A stretch of DNA of 64,000 nt, taken from Mobula hypostoma (taxonomy: Eukaryota). Under the pieces are notes generated by a model, which searched no databases, was not told where the DNA came from, and was given only the letters and a program-made list of their open reading frames with translations. A program made the translations under genes and the position numbers. The stretch covers positions 98,272,001 to 98,336,000 of the forward strand of contig NC_086107.1 of NCBI RefSeq assembly GCF_963921235.1. Reading direction: 5' to 3'. Positions 38,421 to 49,960 of the stretch are shown piece after piece; the stretch's first letter is position 1; the number at the start of each line of letters is the position of its first letter.

Positions 38421-39976
38421 ACCTGTACTTGAATTTTCTCCAGGCTTTGTTGCATTCTTTGTTTCAGATTAAATTAACTCGCCTCCCAGTTTAATGAAAC
38501 CGATGACGTGAAGATTGGTGGAGTTGTGGACAGGGTAGAAGGTTGTCGTCGGTTACAACGGGACATTGACTGGATGCAGAGCCGGGAGGAGGAGAGGCAG
38601 ATGGAGTCCAACTTGGAAAAATGTGAAGTGATTCACTTTGGAAGGTCGAAACTGAAGGCAGAGTACAGAGCTAATGTCAGGATTCTTAACAGTGTGGAGA
38701 AATAGAGGTCCGCGTCTATAGATCGCTCAAAGTTGCAGCGCAGATCACCAGGTGGCTAAGAAGGTGTATGGTGTCTTGGCTTTCAATAGTTGGGTGAATG
38801 AGTTCAAGAAGCTGCAAGGAAATTTTGCCGCTGCATAAAACTCTGGTTAGACCACTTGGAGTATTGTATTCAGTTCTGATCATCTCATTGTAGGAAGGAT
38901 GTGGAGGCTTTAGAGAGGGTGCAGAGGACGATGCTGCCTGGATTGGAGAACAGGTCATATGAGGAAAGTTCGAGCAAGCTAGGGGTTTATCTTTCGAGAG
39001 AGGGAGGATGAGAGATGATTTGATAAAGGTATATGAGATGATAAGAGGCATTAAATAGCGTGGACAACCAAAGACTTTTTCCCCAGGGAGCATAACTTTA
39101 AGGAATTGGGAGGAAAGTATAAGGGGAATGTCAGAGTTGAGTTTTTTTCACACAGGGAGGGTTGGTTGCATGGAACACACTGCCGGGGTGATGGCAGAGG
39201 CAGATAGATCAGGGACATTTAGGAAACTCGTAGATAGGCACATGGATGAAAGAAAAATGGGGGGCTATGTGGGAGGGAAGGGGCAGATTGATCTTGGAGT
39301 AGGTTAAGGGGTTGGCACAACATCGTGGGCTGGACACCAGTACTGTGCTGTACGGATCTGTGTTCGATGTCATAATCGCTCTTCTCAATTCTTCCAGGAA
39401 TAGGTTCTGCTAGGAAAACCAATATTGCTAGGTTAACAAGTGCGAAGGGTATGGTTTGAGAAGCTTTACTGTTGGTGGAGGGGTCTAGAATTAGGGATAT
39501 GAAATGAAGTTGGTAGGTAAGAGGATGCAAGCTGAAATGGGGAATTTGTATTTACACGGTGAGTGTTTAGAACTCAAGCTGCTCGGTCACAGAGATAAAC
39601 TTCCAGGAGATGAACTTTCTTTCCTTCTGTCCATCTGGTAGACTCTTTCCATAACAGACCTCAGAATTTTGATTCTATTACCCTGAACCATGTCTTTCTG
39701 ATCACTGGTGATTTCACTCGCTGTGACCACCATCTCCTGTGGGACACGACCAGCTGATCGGAGCTCAGGGTCGGTGCCTTCCAGTAAGGAGGAAGGACAA
39801 GGATGGGCAAGGTAAGGGAGCGTTGGATGACAAGGGGGCGATGAGTTAAGTTGAAAAGAGACAGGAAGCAAATATAAGGTTTAGGAAGCACAAAAACAGA
39901 CAAGTTCCTCGAGTAATATAAAGATAGCAGCAGGGAACTTGGGCAAGGGCTTAGGAAGGCCAAAAGGGCCAAAAGG

Positions 39977-42900
39977 GTTCACAACAGAGGGATGGGAACC
40001 AGTGCAGAGAGACAGAGGGGTGTAAAGTGAGCGTAGAAGCAAAAAGTACAAAGGGGAAAAGTAAAAGTGGCAGGTCGACAAATCCAGGGCAAGCATTAAA
40101 AAGGGCTAAGAGAGTTGTAAAAGAGTGCCTGAAGGCTTTATGTGTCAATGCAAGGAGCATTCGTAATAAGGTGGATGAATTGAAAGTGCAGATTGTTATT
40201 AATGATTATGATATAGTTGGGATCACAGAGACATGGCTCCAGGGTGACCAGGGATGGGAGCTCAACGTTCAGGGATATTCAATATTCAGGAGGGATAGAC
40301 ACGAAGGAAGGGGAGGTGGGGTGGCGTTGCTGGTTAAAAAAGAGATTAACGCAATAGAAAGGAAGGACATAAGCCGGGAAGATGTGGAATCGATATGGGT
40401 AGAGCTGCGTAACACTAAGGGGCAGAAGACGCTGGTGGGAGTTGTGTACAGGCCACCTAACAGTAGTAGTGAGGTCGGAGATGGTATTAAACAGGAAATT
40501 AGAAATGTGTGCAATAAAGGAACAGCAGTTATAATGGGTGACTTCAATCTACATGTAGACTGGGTGAACCAAATTGGTAAAGGTGCTGAGGAAGAGGATT
40601 TCTTGGAATGTATGCGGGATGGTTTTTTGAACCAACATGTCGAGGAACCGACTAGAGAGCAGGCTATTCTGGACTGGGTTTTGAGCAATGAGGAAGGGTT
40701 AATTAGCGATCTTGTCGTGAGAGGCCCCTTGGGTAAGAGTGACCATAATATGGTGGAATTCTTCATTAACATGGAGAGTGACGTAGTTAATTCAGAAACA
40801 AAGGTTCTGAACTTAAAGAGGGGTAACTTTGAAGGTATGAGACATGAATTAGCTAAGATAGACTGGCAAATGACACTTCAAGGATTGACGGTGGATATGC
40901 AATGGCAGGCATTTAAAGGTTGCATGGATGAACTACAACAATTGTTCATCCCAGTTTGGCAAAAGAATAAATCAAGGAAGGTAGTGCACCCGTGGCTGAC
41001 AAGAGAAATTAGGGATAGTATCAATTCCAAAGAAGTAGCATACAAATTAGCCAGAGAAAGTGGCTCACCTGAGGACTGGGAGAAATTCAGAGTTCAGCAG
41101 AGGAGGACAAAGGGCTTAATTAGGAAGGGGAAAAAAGATTATGAGAGAAAACTGGCAGAGAACATAAAAACGGACTGTAAAAGCTTTTATAGATATGTAA
41201 AAAGGAAAAGACTGATAAAGACAAATGTAGGTCCCCTGCAAACAGAAACAGGTGAATTGATTATGGGGAGCAAGGACATGGCAGACCAATTGAATAATTA
41301 CTTTGGTTCTGTCTTCACTAAGGAGGACATAAATAATCTTCCAGAAATAGTAAGGGACAGAGGGTCCAGTGAGATGGAGGAACTGAGCGAAATACATGTT
41401 AGTAGGGAAGTGGTGTTAGGTAAATTGAAGGGATTGAAGGCAGATAAATCCCCAGGGCCAGATGGTCTGCATCCCAGAGTGCTTAAGGAAGTGGCCCAAG
41501 AAATAGTGGATGCATTAGTGATAATTTTTCAAAACTCGTTAGATTCTGGACTAGTTCCTGAGGATTGGAGGGTGGCTAATGTAACCCCACTTTTTAAAAA
41601 AGGAGGGAGAGAGAAACCGGGGAATTATAGGCCGGTTAGCCTAACGTCGGTGGTGGGGAAACTGCTGGAGTCAGTTATCAAGGATGTGATAACAGCACAT
41701 TTGGAAAGCGGTGAAATGATCGGACAAAGTCAGCATGGATTTGTGAAAGGAAAATCATGTCTGACGAATCTCATAGAATTTTTTGAGGATGTAACTAGTA
41801 GAGTGGATAGGGGAGAACCAGTGGATGTGGTATATTTGGATTTTCAAAAGGCTTTTGACAAGGTCCCACATAGGAGATTAGTGTGCAAACTTAAAGCACA
41901 CGGTATTGGGGGTAAGGTATTGGTGTGGGTGGAGAATTGGTTAGCAGACAGGAAGCAAAGAGTGGGAATAAACGGGACCTTTTCAGAATGGCAGGCGGTG
42001 ACTAGTGGGGTACCGCAAGGCTCAGTGCTGGGCCCCCAGTTGTTTACAATATATATTAATGACTTGGATGAGGGAATTAAATGCAGCATCTCCAAGTTTG
42101 CGGATGACACGAAGCTGGGTGGCAGTGTTAGCAGTGAGGAGGATGCTAAGAGGATGCAGGGTGACTTGGATAGGTTGGGTGAGTGGGCAAACTCATGGCA
42201 GATGCAATTTAATGTGGATAAATGTGAAGTTATCCACTTTGGTGGCAAAAATAGGAAAACAGATTATTATCTGAATGGTGGCCGATTAGGAAAAGGGGAG
42301 GTGCAACGAGACCTGGGTGTCATTATACACCAGTCATTGAAAGTGGGCATGCAGGTACAGCAGGCGGTGAAAAAGGCGAACGGTATGCTGGCATTTATAG
42401 CGAGAGGATTCGAGTACAGGAGCAGGGAGGTACTACTGCAGTTGTACAAGGCCTTGGTGAGACCACACCTGGAGTATTGTGTGCAGTTTTGGTCCCCTAA
42501 TCTGAGGAAAGACATCTTTGCCATAGAGGGAGTACAAAGAAGGTTCACCAGATTGATTCCTGGGATGGCAGGTCTTTCATATGAAGAAAGACTGGATGAA
42601 CTGGGCTTGTACTCGTTGGAATTTAGAAGATTGAGGGGGGATCTGATTGAAACGTATAAGATCCTAAAGGGATTGGACAGGCTAGATGCAGGAAGATTGT
42701 TCCCGATGTTGGGGAGGTCTAGAACGAGGGGTCACAGTTTGAGGATAGAGGGGAAGCCTTTTAGGACCGAGGTTAGGAAAAACTTCTTCACACAGAGAGT
42801 GGTGAATCTGTGGAATTCTCTGCCACAGCAAACTGTTGAGGCCAGTTCATTAGCTATGTTTAAAAGGAAGTTAGATATGGCCCTTGTGGCTACAGGGGTC

Positions 42901-43029
42901 AGGGGGTATGGAGGGAAGGCTGGGTTCTGAGTTGGATGATCAGCCATGATCATAATAAATGGCGGTGCAGGCTCGAAGGGCCGAATGGCCTACTCCTGCA
43001 CCTATTTTCTATGTTTCTATGTTTCTATG
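39977..43029 (+). mobile_element. 5'-truncated young CR1 retaining almost all of ORF2, inserted in an older CR1
   Basis: Colinear with 60193-63245 (offset 20216); the older CR1 host reads ...aggccaaaagggcc | atgaaatgcccttg across the insertion. Confidence 0.95.
40027..42930 (+). CDS. CR1 ORF2, APE endonuclease plus reverse transcriptase (uninterrupted, but no ORF1 or promoter)
   Basis: NARSI, GITETW, VYRPP, GDFN, SDH endonuclease motifs; QHGF, LDFQKAFD, GVPQGSVLGP, FADD RT motifs. The GTG start is only the ORF-finder choice. Confidence 0.9.
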   Translation: MSVEAKSTKGKSKSGRSTNPGQALKRAKRVVKECLKALCVNARSIRNKVDELKVQIVINDYDIVGITETWLQGDQGWELNVQGYSIFRRDRHEGRGGGVALLVKKEINAIERKDISREDVESIWVELRNTKGQKTLVGVVYRPPNSSSEVGDGIKQEIRNVCNKGTAVIMGDFNLHVDWVNQIGKGAEEEDFLECMRDGFLNQHVEEPTREQAILDWVLSNEEGLISDLVVRGPLGKSDHNMVEFFINMESDVVNSETKVLNLKRGNFEGMRHELAKIDWQMTLQGLTVDMQWQAFKGCMDELQQLFIPVWQKNKSRKVVHPWLTREIRDSINSKEVAYKLARESGSPEDWEKFRVQQRRTKGLIRKGKKDYERKLAENIKTDCKSFYRYVKRKRLIKTNVGPLQTETGELIMGSKDMADQLNNYFGSVFTKEDINNLPEIVRDRGSSEMEELSEIHVSREVVLGKLKGLKADKSPGPDGLHPRVLKEVAQEIVDALVIIFQNSLDSGLVPEDWRVANVTPLFKKGGREKPGNYRPVSLTSVVGKLLESVIKDVITAHLESGEMIGQSQHGFVKGKSCLTNLIEFFEDVTSRVDRGEPVDVVYLDFQKAFDKVPHRRLVCKLKAHGIGGKVLVWVENWLADRKQRVGINGTFSEWQAVTSGVPQGSVLGPQLFTIYINDLDEGIKCSISKFADDTKLGGSVSSEEDAKRMQGDLDRLGEWANSWQMQFNVDKCEVIHFGGKNRKTDYYLNGGRLGKGEVQRDLGVIIHQSLKVGMQVQQAVKKANGMLAFIARGFEYRSREVLLQLYKALVRPHLEYCVQFWSPNLRKDIFAIEGVQRRFTRLIPGMAGLSYEERLDELGLYSLEFRRLRGDLIETYKILKGLDRLDAGRLFPMLGRSRTRGHSLRIEGKPFRTEVRKNFFTQRVVNLWNSLPQQTVEASSLAMFKRKLDMALVATGVRGYGGKAGF

Positions 43030-45001
43030 AAATGCCCTTGACAAGTAGGATTAAAGAGAATCCAAGGATTCTCATACTTACATTACAAACAAGAGGATAA
43101 TTAGAGAGGGGGTAGGGCCACTCAGAGGATGTGGGAGAGGTACCAAACGAGTGCTTTGCATTGATTTCACCAAGGAGAAGTACACGAAGGATACTGGGTT
43201 TATTGCGGGCCAGGCTCATGTACTTGGGCATTTTGAGGTTAAGGAGGAGGAGGTGTTTCTGGGTCCTTTGAAGAGCATCAACGTGGATAAGCCTCCAGGG
43301 CCCGACAGGATATGTCTCAGGTCATTGAAGCAGACAAGAAGGGAAATTATTCAGGCCTTGATGAAGATCTTTGTATCCTCACTAGCAACAGAACTCCCAG
43401 AGGTTTGGAGAGCAGCCAGTGTTATTCCTTTGTTCAGGAAGGAAAATAGAGATAATCCAGGAAACTACAGGCCAGCCAGCTTCACATCAATGGTAGGGAA
43501 GCTGTTGGAGACATTTTTTAGGGATAGGATTTACTCACATTGAATAAACTGTAGCATTATGTGGAACAAGTCACGTCTTACAACTTGATTGAGTAGGTGG
43601 CAAAGGTGATTGCTGAGAGTAGGGCAGTGGATGCGGTCTACATGGATTTTGGTAAGGCATTTATCCCACATGATAGGCCAATCCAGAAGATTAAGATGTA
43701 TGGGATCTGTGATGACTTGGTAGTGTGGACCCAGGAGAGGCTGCCATTGAAGACAGAGGGTAGTGGTCAACAGGATTTACTCTGACCTGGGGGTCCGTGA
43801 CCAGTCATGCTCAGCCAGGATCGGGTGCTGGATCTCTGTGTTTGTGATACATATAAATGATTCGGATAGCTGGGTTAGTGGGTTTGAAGATGATACAAAA
43901 GTAGGTGGAGTTGTGTACGGTGTAGAGGGCTGTAGATACAATGGAATATAGATCTGTTGCAGATATGGATAGGACCATTAATAGATAAATAAATAGATAG
44001 ATACTTTATTGATCCCAAAGGAAATTACAGTGTCACAGTAGCATTACAAGTGTACAGATAAACAAATATTAGAAGAGAAGTAAGAAAGAATAAAAAATAA
44101 GTTACCTCAAACAGTCTAACAGGAGGGGTGGTCATCACTTCCCCAGCTATAGCTTGATTCATTATAGAGCCTAATGGCTGAGGGTAAGAATGACCTCATA
44201 TAGCGCTCCTTGGAGCAGCACAGTTGTCTTAGTCTATTAGTAAAAGTGCTTCTCTGTTCAGCCAAAGTGCCATGTAGAGGGTGAGGAATTGTCAGGATTT
44301 CCCTTTGTTCTACCACAGCCTCTAGTGTGTCCAGTTTGACTCCTATAACAGAGCCAGCCTTTCTAATCAGTTTATTGAGCCTGTTGGCATCACCCATGTT
44401 GATGCCATTGCCCCAGCACACCACCGCAGAGAAGATTGTACTGGCGACAACGGGCTGGTAGAACATGTGAAGGCGAAGCCTGCGTACTCCAAAGGTCCTC
44501 AGTCTTCTCCGGAAGTAGAGGCGACTCTGGCCCTTCTTGTACACAGCCTCTGTGATGGTGCTCCACTCAAGTCTGTCGTGCAGGTGCACCCAGGTACTTG
44601 AGCATTGATGTACAGAAGATCCAAGTCCATAGCCTTCCTGAAAGTATCCATGCAAGAAGATAGGGTGGGAAAGAAGGTAAATGGCAAACTTGCCTTCATT
44701 GGTTGGGGCATTGAGTTAGAGGGCTCAGGAAGTCATGTTGTAGCTACATAAAACTTTGGTTAGGGTGCACTTGGAGTATTGCGTGTAATTCTGGTTGCCC
44801 AGGAGGGGTATGGAAAGAGTGCAGAAGAGGTTCACCAAGAGGCTGCCTGGATAAGGAGAAGTTGGACAAACTTGGGCTGTTTTCTCTGCAGCACTGGAGG
44901 CTGAGAGATGTTTATTAAATAATGAGAGGCACACTTAGGTAGACATTCAGAATCTTTATCCCAGGGTAGAAAGGTCAAGTACAAGAGGACATGGATTTAA
45001 G

Positions 45002-45678
45002 CTTTATTGGGCTCGACATTCAGATTTCTTCAGCATTCATAGACTCGGGGCCTCAAGCCACGGCGTCGCCTGTTTACAGCTGCCAGGAGAGAGGCGTTGG
45101 AGTCAGTGTGCTCCACCAGGGGGCGCCGTGGTGTAGCATCTGGACTGGAGTTGGTACTAACCATTCCCCCAGTATTCACTCGGCAGAAGATAAGCTTTAT
45201 TGATTGAAGGTTTCTGCAGCATTGATGGATTCAGGTTCTGGACTATATATATATATATATATATACATTTTTTTGTGAGGTTGTATTTTACTGGTAGCCT
45301 ATATGAGTTTGCTATCTTATATGTGCAAGGACTGGGCCTCAAGCTACGGTGCCATCTGTTTACAGCCGCTAGGAGAGAGGTGTTGGAGCCGGTGCGCTCC
45401 GCCGGAGACCGTGTGCTGTGGTGTCTGGGCTGGAGACGGTGCTGCTCAGCAAAAGACAAGCTCTATTGTGTTCGACCGAAGATTCCTGCGGCAACTCATG
45501 GCCCAGGTCTGGGCTTTGTTGCGTGAGTCTATCTTACTGATATTTTTATGTGCTTGCTATCTTGTACATGCAATGTGGACTTCGTGCTGTGTGTGACTTT
45601 GGTACTGTGTTTTGTACCTTGGCCCCAGAGCTGTATTCATGGGTACTCATGTATGATTGAATGACAACTGAACTTGAA
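45002..45678 (+). mobile_element. Unclassified retroposon-like insertion in an old CR1
   Basis: Host ggatttaag | gtaagg rejoins with ttaag duplicated; internal ~75-bp diverged direct repeat (45048-45122, 45334-45408); gaacttgaa tail. Confidence 0.55.
45112..45127 (+). promoter_or_regulatory. CTCF consensus match
   Basis: tCCACCAGGGGGCGCc matches the CTCF core CCASYAGRKGGCRS; motif match only. Confidence 0.5.
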
Positions 45679-46407
45679 TTAAGGTAAGGAGGGGAATGTT
45701 TAGAGCAGGTGTACAGAGCAAGTTTCTTTTATACAGAGAGTGATAGGTCCCTGAAAGATTTCTAGGGGTAGTGCTGGAATAGTTATGACAGTGGCATTTA
45801 AGAGGCTGTTAGGTACATGGTTTTACAGGGAATGGGACAATATGGATCATGTACAAGCAGAAGAGGTTTAGTGTAATTCAATATTGCGTTTTGTGCAAAC
45901 ATCATGAGCTGAGGTGCTGTACTGTTTGTTCTGTGTTCTATGTACTAACTCCCCTGTTTGCCTACCCATGCACTGTAGCTTTCCGGTCATTGACGTTTTC
46001 ATTATGTATATCTCTCACCAACACCTTTCCCCATCTAACAATTCAGAGGTGAGTGGGCTGCTACCTTAATCAACAGACGATGGCGCTAGGCCTTAGCGGT
46101 ACGATGGCCATTCCGATGATTGTGGCAAGTTTTCGCAACAATTTTCCTTTTGTGTCACTGGATACACAGAAGGAAGTTCTGCGTGTGGAGCCCCAGCACA
46201 CAACAAAATCTACTTCTGGCAAGTGCCTTTTCTCATAATGTCTGTGTCAAAACACCAGGGGCAATCAAACCAGCTTTCAGCATTGCTCTTAACTTTCTGA
46301 CGTCAAAACGGTGCCCTGTTCAACATCATTCTGCTCCTAGCCTTCGATATCTTCATAATTTCTCTATAAAAGTTCTATGTGTAACTTTGATAGATGTCTT
46401 GCATGTT

Positions 46408-46934
46408 CACTCAGTGGCCACTTTATTAAGTACACCTGCTCATTAATCCAAATATCTAATCAGCCAATCAGGTGGCGGCAACTCAATTCATAAAAGCATG
46501 CAGACATGGTCAAGAGGTTCAGTTGTTGGTCAGACCAAACAACAGTGTGGGGAACATGGGGAAGTGACTCTGACTGTGGAATGATTATTGGTGCCAGATA
46601 GGGAGGTTTGAGTATCTCAGAAACTGCTGATCTCCTGGGATTTTTGCCCACGGCGGTCCCTAGAGTTTACAGAGAATGATGCAAGAAACAAAGGAAGCAC
46701 CCAGTAGGTGGCAGTTCTGTGGATGAAAATGTCATGTTAATGAGAGAGATCAGAGAAAAATGGCCAGAGTGGTTCACACTGACAGGAAGATGACAGTAAC
46801 TCAAATAACCACAAGTTACAAGAGTGGTGTGCAGAAGAGCATCTCGAGATAGGCTCCAGTATCCGAAGAACATGAATATACACTCAATGGTGACTTTATT
46901 AGGTACAGGATGTATCTAAGAAAGTGGCCACTGT
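46408..46934. mobile_element. Non-autonomous Tc1/mariner-like element
   Basis: cactcagtggccactttatta ... aaagtggccactg inverted ends. Confidence 0.72.
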
Positions 46935-47399
46935 AGACCCAAGTGGCAACAGCAATGTCTTCCTACTCACTTCCATTAAATGTTCATGAAGGCGGTTAGT
47001 ACCTTTAACAAACATTTTGAACGTCCTTTATGAACTAATGGTTGATTGCAATATGCCTGCTGTTGAGCCCAACGATGTGCTTTAATCCAGCCAACATCAA
47101 CACAGTACTGACATGAGTATTTTTACTCAGCCCATCCCTTCCTTCTATTTTCAATGCTCTTTATTATAGGAATGGTATTTTGTTCCTGAAACAATGCTTG
47201 CACTCAAAAACTGGAAAATCACGTTTTTGGCACCAAGCTCTCGTGAGCGGGAAAGCCTGTCATAGATGACTGTCTCTTCTTGTACCACAGTGAATGTTAA
47301 ATTATTATCCAGATTTTATATCTAATTGAACAGTGCTCGTAGCCAAGGTGAGCCTCTTTGTTATAGAGTCGGAACGCCACAGAACACTGCGGCTCATTA

Positions 47400-49960
47400 A
47401 CTGCACCTTTGTCCCATCCAGTCTGTGCCAAAGCATTAATCTGCCTACTCCCATCACCCAGCTCCCGGACCATAGCCCTCCATACCCCTCACATCCATGT
47501 ACCTGTCCAGATTTCCCTTAAATGTTAGAATCGACCCCGCATCCACCACCTGTGCTGGCAGCTCGTTCCTCACTCCCACCACCCTCTGAGCGAAGAGGTT
47601 CCCCCTCATGATCCCCTTAAACAGTTCACCTTTCAACTTTAACCCGTGACCTCTAGTTGTAGTTTCACCCAACCCCAGTGAAAAAGGCCTGCTTGCATTT
47701 ACCCTTTCTACAGCCCTCATAATATTGTATACCTCTACCAAATCTCCTCTCATCCTTCTACATTCTAGAAAATAAAGTCCGAACCTGTTCAACCTTTCCC
47801 TATAGCTCAGGTCCTCAAATCCTGGCAACATCCTTCTAAATTTTCTCTGCACTCTTTCAATCTTATTGACATCCTTCCTGTAGGTAGGTGACCAAAACTG
47901 CACACAGTACTCCAAATTAGGCCTCACCAACTTCATATACAACATAACATCCCATTCTCCTGTACTCAGTATTTTGATTTATGAAGGCTGATGTGTCAAA
48001 AGTTTTCTTTATAGCACTATCTACCTATGTCGCCACTTTTTAGGAATTATGGATCTGTATTCCCAGATCCCCTTGTTCTACCACTCTCCTCAGTGCCCGA
48101 CCATTCACTGAGTAAGATCTGCCCTGGTTGGTCCTACTGAAGTGCAAAAGCTCGTACTTGTCTGCATTTAACCACAGTTAACTACATTAACCCCAGTTAA
48201 CCACGTTATCATCTGGATCATTGATATAGATGACAAACAACAATGGACTCAGCACCGATCCCTGTAGCACTCCACTAGTCACAGGCCTCCAGTCAGAGAA
48301 GCAACCATCTACTACCACTCTCTGCAAACCCAGTGTCTAATCCAATTTACTACCTCTTCTTGAATGCCGAGCGACTGAACTGTCTTCACCAAACTCCCAT
48401 GTGGGACCTTGTCAAAGGCCTTGCTAAAGTCCATGTAGACAGCATCAACTGCCTTGTTTTCATCCACTTTCCCGGTAACTTCCTCGTAAAACTCTATAAA
48501 ATTGGCTAGACGTGACCTACCACACACAAAGCCATTTTGACGGTCCCCAATCAGTCCCTGCCTGTCCTATCACTTATCTATGCAGTCCCTTGGAATACCT
48601 TCCAATGACTTTCCCATTACTGATGTCAGGCCTATAACTTCTGGCTTATTCTTAGAGCCTTCCTTAAACAACTAAGGTGCCCTGAACCTGTTGGCCTTGC
48701 CTTTTATTCTGACAGGAGCATACGAACTCCGTACTCTCAAAATTCCACTTTTGAAGGCCTCCCACCTACCGAGTACACCTTTGCCAGAAAACAACCTGTC
48801 CCAATCCACACTTGCCAGATCCTTTCTGACACCATCAATATTGGGCCTTTCTCCAATTTAGAATCTCAACCTGAGGACCAGACCTATCCTTTTTTCATAA
48901 TTACCTTGAAACTAATGACATTACGATCACTTGATGGAAATTGTTCCCCTACATAAACTTCTGTCACCTGCCCTGTCTCATTTCTATTAGCACACTCTCT
49001 CTCATTGGGACTTCTATGTACTGATTAAGGAAACTTTTCTGAACACATTTGACACTCTTTTCCATCCAGCCCTTCTACAGATTGGGAGTCCCAGTCATTA
49101 TGTGGAAGATTAAAATCACCTACTATAACAACCTCATGTTTCTTGCAACAGTCTGCAATCCCTCTACCAATTTGCTCCTCTAAATCCTGCAGACAGTTGG
49201 GTGGTCTGTAATATAATCCCATCAATGTGGTCATATCTTTCTTATTCCTCATTTCTACCCATAAAGCCTCACTAGATGAGCTCTCTAGCCTGCGTTCTAC
49301 CTGAGCATTGCCATGATATTTTCCCTGACTAGTATTGCCAACCCTCTCCCTTTAATCCCTCCCACACTGTTGGGTCTAAAACAATGGAATTCTGGAATAC
49401 TGAGCTGCCAGTCCTGCCCCTCCTGCAACCAAGTCTCACTAATGGCTACAATGTCATAACTCCAGGTGCTGATCCATGCCCTAAGCTCATCCATCTTTCC
49501 TACAATACTCCTTCCATTGAAATATACACAATTCAGAACATTATTCCCAGTATGCTCAACGCTTTGATTACTGAGTTGCATGTAGGCTTAAACCCAGCTG
49601 GTGGCGTAGTGGCACCAGGCCGGACTTCGGGACGAAAGGTCCCGAGTTCGAATCCAGCCGGCTCCCCTGCACGCTTTCCATCTGTGCTGGGTTACGAGCT
49701 GGTGATCTCTTTGGAAACTCACCCGGCAGAAGGCAATGGCAAACCACCGCTGTAACTTGCCTTGTATGCGGTTCCCCACTACGTCAGAGAGGTGTACCAG
49801 AGGGAAATCGTCCGCTAACTGGAGAAACTCCAGACGCGACGTACCTTTCCTTTCTGTGTAGGCTTATCAACATCTTTCAACACAACCACAACCACTCCAC
49901 CGTCTATTCTGGCGTTCTGGTTCCCAACCCCCTGCAACTCTAGTTTAGCCCTCTTCCCAC
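47400..49960 (-). pseudogene. Older CR1 ORF2 remnant reaching the ORF1/ORF2 junction
   Basis: Minus ORFs YFNGRSI...AISETWL, YYRPPN...VGDFN, YMDFSKAFDKVPH, LVRPNLEYCVQFWSP; junction aaactagagttgcagggggttgggaac at ~49920-49946. Confidence 0.88.
49591..49856 (+). mobile_element. tRNA(Pro-like)-derived SINE with RTE-like 3' part
   Basis: Box A tggcgtagtgg, box B gttcgaatcc; cttcgggacgaaaggtcccgagttcgaatcc resembles tRNA-Pro; tttcctttc tail; TSD tgtaggctta at 49581-49590 and 49857-49866. Confidence 0.82.

Noticed and set aside
49596..49667. Functional tRNA gene
   Set aside because: Cloverleaf imperfect; continues into a SINE body with tail and TSD.
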